A stretch of 32,000 nucleotides of DNA, taken from the NCBI RefSeq assembly GCF_000008625.1, contig NC_000918.1, positions 780,001-812,000 of the forward strand, given 5' to 3'. The position numbers and the translations under genes were made by a program. Positions 16,215 to 23,995 of this stretch are shown here, piece after piece. The notes below the pieces were generated by a model that saw only the letters and a list, made by a program, of their open reading frames with translations, was not told where the DNA came from and made no database searches. The DNA is from Aquifex aeolicus VF5 (GTDB lineage Bacteria > Aquificota > Aquificia > Aquificales > Aquificaceae). The stretch's first letter is position 1. Every line of letters starts with the position of its first letter.

Positions 16215-17529
16215 AGTTATCCTTACGCTCCTGTTCGTGTTCTTTCTCCTCTCCCAAACCTTTGTGTTTATAAAAAACGTTGTTCCCCTTCTCGTTCAGT
16301 ACAACCCCTACGCTGTGCTAAAGTACGAGGAGAGAAAAAATAGGTGGAGGTTGTTTACTCATGAAAACTTGAGGTACTTTTACGACTTGAAGACCAAAAA
16401 ACTCTACCCGCTTCCACTTCTTAAAAACGAACCCTACAGGTTCAAACCCGCTTTAAAGGGAGAGTACTTGGTCAACTTTGAAGGAGTTAAATACAGGATA
16501 AAGCCCTTTAAGGAATTGTTTCCCAAAAAACTCTTTATTGCCTCCTTTAAAAACGTAAAGTTACTCCTTTTCTGGGTTTTCGGTTTTTTGATTATGTATC
16601 TCTTTACTAGGATAAACTACAAGGCTTTTAGGAATAAGAAGTTTGTTTACGTTCTAGTATCAGTATCTTTACTTCTTTTAGTGCTCGTTCTGGTAAAGAA
16701 GTTTTTAAATCCAAATTCGCATATGCCCACGAGGTGGCTCTTCGGGACGAGCTTTCAACCCTCCGAGTTTTCAAAAATCGTACTTATCCTTTTTCTCGCT
16801 TACTACATAGGCGTTAAAGGGGAAATAGAAAAGATAAGCAACTTCTTCTTTGCCCTCGGTGTCCTAGTCATACACGCAAGTTTGGTGGCTCTCCAAACGG
16901 ACCTAGGTATGGCTATATTCTACATAGTCCTCGGTTCTTCCTTGATGTTCGTGGGCGGAACTCCCTGGAGGATACTCATTCCAAGTTCTTTTATCCTCGG
17001 TCTTGCGGGAGTGTTCTTCATTTCCGCAAACATGGAAACGGTAAAGAAGCGTTTTTCCGGCTGGCTTGATCCCTTTGCCGATCCCTACGACAGGGGATAC
17101 CAGATAATTAAGTCTCTGGAAGCGGTTATAAACGGAGGTTTCTTAGGGCAGGGACTGGGAAAGGGGCTTTACGCGGCTGTCTACATAAGGGAATCCGACA
17201 CGGACTACGTAATAAGCTTAATCGTGGAGAACTTAGGAGTAATAGGCTTTTTCTTTATCCTCTCCCTTCAGTTTCTCTTTGCCCTGAGGCTTTTCAAGTA
17301 CGCTGTGAGGATTTACGGGATGTACGAAAAGATAATAATCCTCGGCGTTGCCCTGAATTTCCTATATTCAGTATTCGTCAATTACGCAATGGCTTTAAAC
17401 ATACTGCCGCCTAAAGGTATAGCCCTGCCCTTTATAAGCTACGGAGTCAGTAATTTGCTTTCCAATATGATAATGCTGGGAATAGTTGGTTCTATATACA
17501 GGAGAAACAGCGATGTATTAAACTTATGA
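16183..17529 (+). CDS. SEDS-family peptidoglycan polymerase (FtsW/RodA/SpoVE); the start codon is uncertain
   Basis: SEDS motifs are QPSEFSKI, TDLGMA and LPFISYGVSNLL, and there are multiple TM helices. The longest ORF overlaps rpiB by 32 nt and includes an unusual hydrophilic insertion after TM1. Confidence 0.85.
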   Translation: MKFAEKIYPDKVILTLLFVFFLLSQTFVFIKNVVPLLVQYNPYAVLKYEERKNRWRLFTHENLRYFYDLKTKKLYPLPLLKNEPYRFKPALKGEYLVNFEGVKYRIKPFKELFPKKLFIASFKNVKLLLFWVFGFLIMYLFTRINYKAFRNKKFVYVLVSVSLLLLVLVLVKKFLNPNSHMPTRWLFGTSFQPSEFSKIVLILFLAYYIGVKGEIEKISNFFFALGVLVIHASLVALQTDLGMAIFYIVLGSSLMFVGGTPWRILIPSSFILGLAGVFFISANMETVKKRFSGWLDPFADPYDRGYQIIKSLEAVINGGFLGQGLGKGLYAAVYIRESDTDYVISLIVENLGVIGFFFILSLQFLFALRLFKYAVRIYGMYEKIIILGVALNFLYSVFVNYAMALNILPPKGIALPFISYGVSNLLSNMIMLGIVGSIYRRNSDVLNL

Positions 17530-17532
17530 ATT

Positions 17533-18738
17533 ATGAAGAAAAAGAGGGTAATTCTCGCATACTCGGGCGGACTCGACACATCCATAATAGTGAGATGGCT
17601 CACGGAAAAAGGGTACGAGGTAATAACATACACCGCGGACGTGGGACAGGGAGAAGAACTCTCTGAAATTCCCGAAAAGGCAAGGAGAGCGGGAGCGATT
17701 GAAGCCATAGTAGAGGATTTAAAAGAAACCTTTGCGGAAAATTACTGCCTTCCAACTTTGAGGGCATTAGCCCTTTACGAAGGGAAGTACCCCCTCACCG
17801 CAGCCCTCTCAAGACCTCTCATAGCAGAGAGGCTCGTTTACTATGCCGAAAAGTTCAACGCGGACTACGTAGCACACGGCTCAACTGGGAAGGGAAACGA
17901 TCAGGTGAGGTTTGAACTCTCAGTCTGGGCCCTAAACCCCGATATAGAGGTTCTCGCTCCCGTGAGAGAATGGGAGTTCAAATCAAGGGAAGAACAAGTT
18001 GAGTACGCTCAGAGGTTCAACATCCCCGTTAAAGCTACGAAAGAAAAGCCATACTCCATAGACAGGAACCTCTGGGGCGTTTCCATAGAGTGCGGACCCT
18101 TAGAAGACCCGTGGCAAGAACCACCGCAAGACGCTTACCAGATCACCCAATCCCCTGAAGAGGCTCCGGATGAACCAGAATACGTTACCGTGGGTTTTGA
18201 AAAAGGAAAACCCGTTTACCTGAACGGTGAGCGCTACGAAGAGCAGTGGAAATTGATAGCCAACCTAAATGAAATAGCGGGAAGACACGGTGTGGGAAGG
18301 ATAGACATGGTTGAAAACAGACTCGTAGGGATAAAGAGCAGGGAGATATACGAAGCTCCCGGAGCCATGGTTCTCTACGAAGCATACAGGGATTTACTCT
18401 CTTTAGTTCTTGACAGGTTTACCTTCCACTACTTCCTCACCCATATTCCCCACGAGTACGCAAAGCTCGTTTACGAAGGTCTCTGGTTCACCCCCTTGAG
18501 GGAAGCGCTTGACGCCTTTACGAATAAAATCGCCGAGTTCGCAACGGGAGAAGTAAGATTAAAACTCTACAAAGGAAGTGTAAGCGTTGTTGGGAGACGT
18601 TCACCCAACTCCCTTTACGTTGAAGAGCTCGCAACTTACTCGGAAAAGGACCAATTTGACCAAATAGCAGGTAAGCACTTCACAAAGGTATGGGGACTTC
18701 CACTGAAGGTTCTGGGAAGGGTGAGAAAAGGTAAATAG
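17533..18738 (+). CDS. argG: Argininosuccinate synthase
   Basis: Motifs are AYSGGLDTS, HGSTGKGNDQVRFE and ENRLVGIKSREIYE. The protein is 401 aa. Confidence 0.95.
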   Translation: MKKKRVILAYSGGLDTSIIVRWLTEKGYEVITYTADVGQGEELSEIPEKARRAGAIEAIVEDLKETFAENYCLPTLRALALYEGKYPLTAALSRPLIAERLVYYAEKFNADYVAHGSTGKGNDQVRFELSVWALNPDIEVLAPVREWEFKSREEQVEYAQRFNIPVKATKEKPYSIDRNLWGVSIECGPLEDPWQEPPQDAYQITQSPEEAPDEPEYVTVGFEKGKPVYLNGERYEEQWKLIANLNEIAGRHGVGRIDMVENRLVGIKSREIYEAPGAMVLYEAYRDLLSLVLDRFTFHYFLTHIPHEYAKLVYEGLWFTPLREALDAFTNKIAEFATGEVRLKLYKGSVSVVGRRSPNSLYVEELATYSEKDQFDQIAGKHFTKVWGLPLKVLGRVRKGK

Positions 18739-18770
18739 AAATTTAACAATTAAAGACTTAACTTAATAGT

Positions 18771-19841
18771 ATGAACGTAGGAATATTTAGTAGATGGAAC
18801 GCAACGTGCGGGGTTTCCCTGCACGCGGAAATGATAGGGAGGGAACTCCTCAGGAGGGGTTATCCTATTACCGTTTTTGCCCCATACCTTGAGAGTGCCA
18901 GCAGATGGTGGCACCACAAACTCATAAGACCCGATGAGGAGTACGTTGTCCGTTGTTACGAAGAGCTTTCCCCTGACGGAAAAGAGGGAAAGATAGACAT
19001 TGAAAAAGTACTTGAAAGGGAAATAGACTTCCTGATAGTGGAAAGCTACGAAAAACTACCTTACAAAGACGTAGAAAAACTTGTAAAAATACTGAAAGAT
19101 AAAGGCATTCCTTCAATAGCGATTATCCACGAGGGAGACTACGAAGATATTCGCTACACCGATATGAACATCTTTGAAAAGGTTTGCGTTTTTGACGAGA
19201 GGTATGTAAAAGAGGTCCTGAAAGACAGGGTCAGTGAAGAAAAAGTAGAGATCATCCCATACCCGTGCTACCCCGTAAGGGAGGGAAGTAGGGAGTTTGC
19301 CGAAGATGGTGTTATAAAGTTCTTCTCCTTCGGAAGACAGCCAAAGGAGGAGTACTGTCCTTATATAGAAGGTCTTAAGGTTTTCAAAAGGGATTTCCCG
19401 AACGTAAAGTACAGGATAGTGAGGGCTATGGAACCCTTAAAAATTTTTGAAGACTTTGTAGAGCAGGAGGAAAGGATTTTAGATTATGAGGAAATAGTAA
19501 AGGAACTTCACTCTGCGGACTTTCACCTGCTTCCCAAAGGAAATACAAAAAGAGTGGTGGTTTCCTCTACACTCTATCAGGTTCTCGGGACGCTTACCCT
19601 TACCGTAGTACCGGACAATAGGTTCTTTGAAACACTCCCCCATGGAGAAGAAGCCCCGGTAATATTCTACAGGGACGTTCTGGAACTCGTTAAAGAACTG
19701 AAGAAGGCTTCAGCAGATGAAGAATACAGAAAGAAAATAAGGGAGAACGCGAGTAAGTTTGTGGAAGAAAACAGCGTGGAGAGGATAACGGACCGATTTG
19801 AGAATTTAATCAATTCTATTCTCGTAAAGAATGTTCATTAA
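18771..19841 (+). CDS. Hypothetical protein, possibly a GT-B-fold glycosyltransferase
   Basis: A clean 356-aa ORF. The N-terminus MNVGIFSRWNATCGVSLHAEMIGRELLRRGYPITVFAP resembles the N-terminal Rossmann beginning of GT4-like enzymes. I recognise no firm family motif. Confidence 0.5.
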   Translation: MNVGIFSRWNATCGVSLHAEMIGRELLRRGYPITVFAPYLESASRWWHHKLIRPDEEYVVRCYEELSPDGKEGKIDIEKVLEREIDFLIVESYEKLPYKDVEKLVKILKDKGIPSIAIIHEGDYEDIRYTDMNIFEKVCVFDERYVKEVLKDRVSEEKVEIIPYPCYPVREGSREFAEDGVIKFFSFGRQPKEEYCPYIEGLKVFKRDFPNVKYRIVRAMEPLKIFEDFVEQEERILDYEEIVKELHSADFHLLPKGNTKRVVVSSTLYQVLGTLTLTVVPDNRFFETLPHGEEAPVIFYRDVLELVKELKKASADEEYRKKIRENASKFVEENSVERITDRFENLINSILVKNVH

Positions 19842-20855
19842 TTCTTCGAGGTCTATCTCCCCTATAACCACTACCGTGTCTGCTCCACCGTATGAAATGA
19901 GGAGTTTGTTCTCTAATCTCTGTATTCCGCATGGGAAGACTACAAAGGGTCTGTCACCGTAAACTTCGTAGATTTTTTTCGGTTCTAGGATGTAGAAAGG
20001 CGTTACAGCGGTGAAGTACCCTTCCTTGTTCATGAGCACTGCAAAGACCCTGTAAGCGGTAAGTTCTTTGTCTACACCGTGTATTAGAACGAGGTTCTCT
20101 TCTCCAACTTTCACTGGAGGAGTCGCCCATCCTATCTTTGTTTCAAAGGGAGCTTCTTCCATAATGGTTATGTTCTCCCCTATTTCTATTTCTTTGAACT
20201 CGTTTGTATAGAGAACCTCTTCGGGAACGTTGCAAACCGCGAGGTAAAACTTTTCGTTAAGCATGTGTAGTCTGTGATACAGCATTAATTTATCCGTTTT
20301 TACGAGAAAGGCGTTTTTGTCGCTCACTACAAAACTCCTGATGTCTTCAGGCATTCTGAACACGGCAATCTTCTTCCATTGGCCGTTTTCGTATCTCGCG
20401 GTCACGGGAAGAGTTCTTTCCGTTCTAATATCCGTTCTAAAGTAATTAACCGTCCTTCCCGTGTAGGTCATGAAGAGTTTTCCGTCTATCTCGTAAACCC
20501 TCGGATCCTCAACACCCCAAAGGTCATACTTTATGTTCGGTAAAACGGTCAGGTTGGCTTCGTAGGTTTTCCTTTCGGGATTGTAGAGTTCTTCTAAATC
20601 TATATCAAACTCTGCTATAGCGCTTGTGTAGGTGTAGTATCCCATGACTACCCTTGCGTAAATCCTCAGCCTGTTCTCAAACACGTGTATTGAGGGGTTG
20701 AAGGCTACACGTGGAGTTTCCACTGGATAATTCTGTATGTGGATGTCGTGTCCTGTAATCACTTTAAGTCTCTTTACTAAATCTTTGGTCTCAAACCTTC
20801 TCTTTTCCAGAATTTTACGTGAAATATCCGCCCAGTTATTTCTCAGCGCTACCAT
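19806..20855 (-). CDS. GH130/DUF377-like beta-propeller glycosidase or glycoside phosphorylase (PH1107-related)
   Basis: WGVEDPRVYEIDGKLFMTYTG, and later GWATPP...LIHGV and ISYGGAD, resemble the five-bladed propeller family COG2152/GH130. This assignment is from motif memory only. Confidence 0.55.
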   Translation of the reverse strand: MVALRNNWADISRKILEKRRFETKDLVKRLKVITGHDIHIQNYPVETPRVAFNPSIHVFENRLRIYARVVMGYYTYTSAIAEFDIDLEELYNPERKTYEANLTVLPNIKYDLWGVEDPRVYEIDGKLFMTYTGRTVNYFRTDIRTERTLPVTARYENGQWKKIAVFRMPEDIRSFVVSDKNAFLVKTDKLMLYHRLHMLNEKFYLAVCNVPEEVLYTNEFKEIEIGENITIMEEAPFETKIGWATPPVKVGEENLVLIHGVDKELTAYRVFAVLMNKEGYFTAVTPFYILEPKKIYEVYGDRPFVVFPCGIQRLENKLLISYGGADTVVVIGEIDLEELMNILYENRID

Positions 20856-20896
20856 AGCACAAAAATTTTATACTTGTTAATTAAAAGGAGGAAAGG

Positions 20897-21781
20897 ATGT
20901 TTCAAGGCTCAATAGTTGCTCTGATTACTCCCTTCAAGGAAGGAGAAGTGGACTACGAAGCCCTCGGAAACCTAATTGAGTTTCACGTGGACAATGGTAC
21001 AGACGCAATTTTGGTTTGCGGAACTACGGGAGAATCCCCGACCCTTACCTTTGAAGAGCACGAAAAGGTTATAGAGTTTGCCGTAAAAAGGGCGGCGGGA
21101 AGGATTAAGGTAATCGCAGGAACGGGCGGGAACGCAACCCACGAAGCGGTTCACCTGACAGCCCATGCGAAAGAAGTAGGAGCGGACGGAGCCTTAGTGG
21201 TCGTTCCATACTACAACAAGCCCACACAAAGAGGTCTCTACGAGCACTTTAAAACGGTTGCTCAGGAAGTGGACATTCCCATAATCATTTACAACATACC
21301 CTCAAGAACCTGCGTGGAAATTTCCGTGGACACCATGTTCAAGCTCGCGAGCGAGTGCGAAAACATAGTCGCTTCAAAGGAATCCACTCCCAACATGGAT
21401 CGCATTTCGGAAATAGTAAAGAGGCTGGGAGAAAGTTTCAGCGTCCTTTCGGGAGATGACAGCCTGACTCTTCCCATGATGGCCCTCGGTGCTAAGGGAG
21501 TTATATCGGTTGCGAACAACGTAATGCCAAGAGAAGTAAAAGAACTCATACGGGCCGCTTTGGAAGGAGACTTTAGAAGGGCGAGGGAAATCCATTACTA
21601 CCTTCACGACCTATTTAAGGTTCTCTTTATAGAAACGAATCCCATTCCCGTCAAAACCGCCTGCTGGATGCTGGGTATGTGTGAAAAGGAATTCAGACTT
21701 CCCTTAACGGAAATGTCTCCAGAGAATGAAAACAAGCTGAGAGAAGTCCTAAAGAAGTACAACCTACCTCTGAAAAACTAA
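20897..21781 (+). CDS. dapA: 4-hydroxy-tetrahydrodipicolinate synthase
   Basis: AAAGGAGGAAAGG lies upstream. Motifs are GTTGES, PYYNKP, IIIYNIP and the active-site Lys context ASKEST. The protein is 294 aa. Confidence 0.95.
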   Translation: MFQGSIVALITPFKEGEVDYEALGNLIEFHVDNGTDAILVCGTTGESPTLTFEEHEKVIEFAVKRAAGRIKVIAGTGGNATHEAVHLTAHAKEVGADGALVVVPYYNKPTQRGLYEHFKTVAQEVDIPIIIYNIPSRTCVEISVDTMFKLASECENIVASKESTPNMDRISEIVKRLGESFSVLSGDDSLTLPMMALGAKGVISVANNVMPREVKELIRAALEGDFRRAREIHYYLHDLFKVLFIETNPIPVKTACWMLGMCEKEFRLPLTEMSPENENKLREVLKKYNLPLKN

Positions 21782-22810
21782 GCTTCCAGCCCTCTTGAAA
21801 GCCTCAACTTTGAGATGCATCTCCTCCGTTTCCCTTTCCTCTACCGAGTCCCACACTATACCGCATCCTGCGTAGTAATAAAGCCTGTCGCCTCGTCCTA
21901 TTGCCGTTCTTATGAGAACTGAAAGTGTAAAGTCCTCTTCAGAAAAAACTAAACCTCCCGAACCGCAGTAGTAGGACCTTGAAAAGGGTTCCAGCTCGTC
22001 TATTATCTCAACCGCCCTTCTTTTTGGAGCACCCGTCACGGAAGCGGGCGGAAAGGTGCTTGAAAGTATCTCACTTAAGCTCTTATCCGTTATTCCTTTC
22101 ACGGTTGAGTGCATGTGGTAGAGCGTTCTGTATTTTTCCACTTTAAAGAGTTCTTCCACTTCAACACTCCCTGTTCTTGCTATTCTTCCTATGTCGTTCC
22201 TCATCATGTCCGTAATCATCAGGTTTTCTGCCCTCTCTTTTTCACTCAGAAGCAGTGTTTTTTCTTCTTTTGCCGTTCCCTTTATGGGTTTGCTCCTTAT
22301 AACATTTCCCTTCTTTTCTAAAAATAGCTCCATAGAACCGCTGATAACGTAAAAATCTTCAAGCTCTAGGTAAAAGGCAAAAGGAACTGGCTGGGCTTCA
22401 TAGAAATTGAAAAATAGTTCTTCGGAAGAGCCCTTCAGTTCAAACTCAAACCTGTTTGTTAAATTTATCTGGTAAACGTCCCCTTTTTCTATGTACTTTT
22501 TAATCTTTTTTATCCTCTCTTTATACTCTTCGTCGCTCAGAATTGCTCCTTTTAATTTTAATTCTACACCACTACTCTTCTTTGGATTGTAAGGTTTGAA
22601 TCCTACGAGCTCTGCGAGAATTATCTTCTCTCCTTCGTTCTTAATTTCAAGCTCAAGGGTTTGGGTGGATAAAGTGTAGGGAACTAAGAGAAAGAAGGGT
22701 GGAGTAAACTTTTTTATATCCTGTATAGAAGAAAGAAAGTGCATACTTTTTAAAATCCCTTCAAAAAAGCCCCCTTTTCCCAGCCACGTGCCCGCAAGGA
22801 TTAACTTCAT
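21764..22810 (-). CDS. pabB: Aminodeoxychorismate synthase component I (chorismate-binding enzyme); short form
   Basis: The PIKGT motif (Lys as in PabB, versus PIAGT in TrpE) is present, together with MITDMMRNDIGR, SVTGAPK and GCGIVWDS. At 348 aa the N-terminal region is shorter than in enteric PabB. Confidence 0.8.
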   Translation of the reverse strand: MKLILAGTWLGKGGFFEGILKSMHFLSSIQDIKKFTPPFFLLVPYTLSTQTLELEIKNEGEKIILAELVGFKPYNPKKSSGVELKLKGAILSDEEYKERIKKIKKYIEKGDVYQINLTNRFEFELKGSSEELFFNFYEAQPVPFAFYLELEDFYVISGSMELFLEKKGNVIRSKPIKGTAKEEKTLLLSEKERAENLMITDMMRNDIGRIARTGSVEVEELFKVEKYRTLYHMHSTVKGITDKSLSEILSSTFPPASVTGAPKRRAVEIIDELEPFSRSYYCGSGGLVFSEEDFTLSVLIRTAIGRGDRLYYYAGCGIVWDSVEERETEEMHLKVEAFKRAGSLVFQR

Positions 22811-23970
22811 AATCTTCCTTCGTAAGCCCTTTCGTAGAGTTCCTCTACTTCTTCCATACCTACTTCTACAGGGTTAACGGCAAAGGAGTGCCTTGCGCAC
22901 ATGTAAACGTCTTCGGCAAGTCTCGGGAGTTTTTCCTTTTCTACTCCAAGCTCCTTCAGGGTTTTTGGGAGAGAAAACCTTTCTATGAACTTAACGAGAG
23001 CGTCCACCGCTTTGTGAGGTTTTTCTTCTTCTCCCATCAGTCTTGCAAAGAGGGCGTACTTCTCAGGGTTTCCTCTGTAATTAAAGGCGGTTATGTAAGG
23101 AGCGAGCGCCGAAAGTCCTTCCGCATGTGCCACCTCGGGGTAGTGTCCCGAAACGGGGTGTTCCATTGCGTGTATGAGGGCAACTCCGAGGTGGTCTATA
23201 GCTATCCCCGCAAGCATAGCTGCGTAACTCATGTACCGCCTTGCTTCTTTATTTTCTGGCTCTTCAAAGGCTACGGGAAGCCACTTCCTTATAAGCTCTA
23301 TCGCCTTTACCGAGTACTCTTCAGCTATGAAGTTTTCTCTTTTATTCGTCAAACTCTCAAGGGCGTGCATCAGGGCATCAAAGCCTGTGAGGGCGGTGAG
23401 TCTAGGAGGCATACTATAAGTTAGCTCCGGGTCCACGAGTGCAACCTTCGGGTAGTTCAGGCTGTGGGAAATTACCATTTTTTCTTTTGTCATCGGGTTT
23501 GTGAGTACGGAATACCTGTTTACCTCGCTTCCCGTTCCCGCCGTTGTCGGTATCGTTATCACGGGTCTGTTCAGAAAGGGAATCAGCCTGCTCCCTTCCG
23601 GATACCTTACGTAATCCCAGGCGTAACCTTCGTTGGAAGATACTATGGAAATTGCTTTCGCGGCGTCCAAGACACTTCCTCCTCCGATACCTACGATAAA
23701 GTCCACTTTTTCGTTTACGGCTATCTCTGCACCTTTGTTTACCTGTTTGTCCGTCGGGTTGGGAGTTATCTCGTCAAATACCACGTACTCTATTTGATTT
23801 TGTTTTAAGGAGTTTATCAATTTATCCAGTGCACCGCTTTCCTTTGTGCTTTTTCTTCCAGTAACTATCAGGGCTTTGAAGCCAAAGCGTCTCCCTACTT
23901 CTCCCGCTTTTTTTACCGCTCCTTCGCCGAAGAAAACTTCAACGGGTCTGTACTCATTTACAACAGTCAT
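22807..23970 (-). CDS. Iron-containing (group III) alcohol dehydrogenase family protein
   Basis: Motifs are GIGGGSVLDAAKA and TTAGTGSE, and the metal ligands lie in the context HALE...HAMEH...H. The protein is 387 aa. It has an ATGA overlap with pabB. Confidence 0.85.
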   Translation of the reverse strand: MTVVNEYRPVEVFFGEGAVKKAGEVGRRFGFKALIVTGRKSTKESGALDKLINSLKQNQIEYVVFDEITPNPTDKQVNKGAEIAVNEKVDFIVGIGGGSVLDAAKAISIVSSNEGYAWDYVRYPEGSRLIPFLNRPVITIPTTAGTGSEVNRYSVLTNPMTKEKMVISHSLNYPKVALVDPELTYSMPPRLTALTGFDALMHALESLTNKRENFIAEEYSVKAIELIRKWLPVAFEEPENKEARRYMSYAAMLAGIAIDHLGVALIHAMEHPVSGHYPEVAHAEGLSALAPYITAFNYRGNPEKYALFARLMGEEEKPHKAVDALVKFIERFSLPKTLKELGVEKEKLPRLAEDVYMCARHSFAVNPVEVGMEEVEELYERAYEGRL

Positions 23971-23995
23971 AAGGAATAAATATAAAAGGAGAAGG

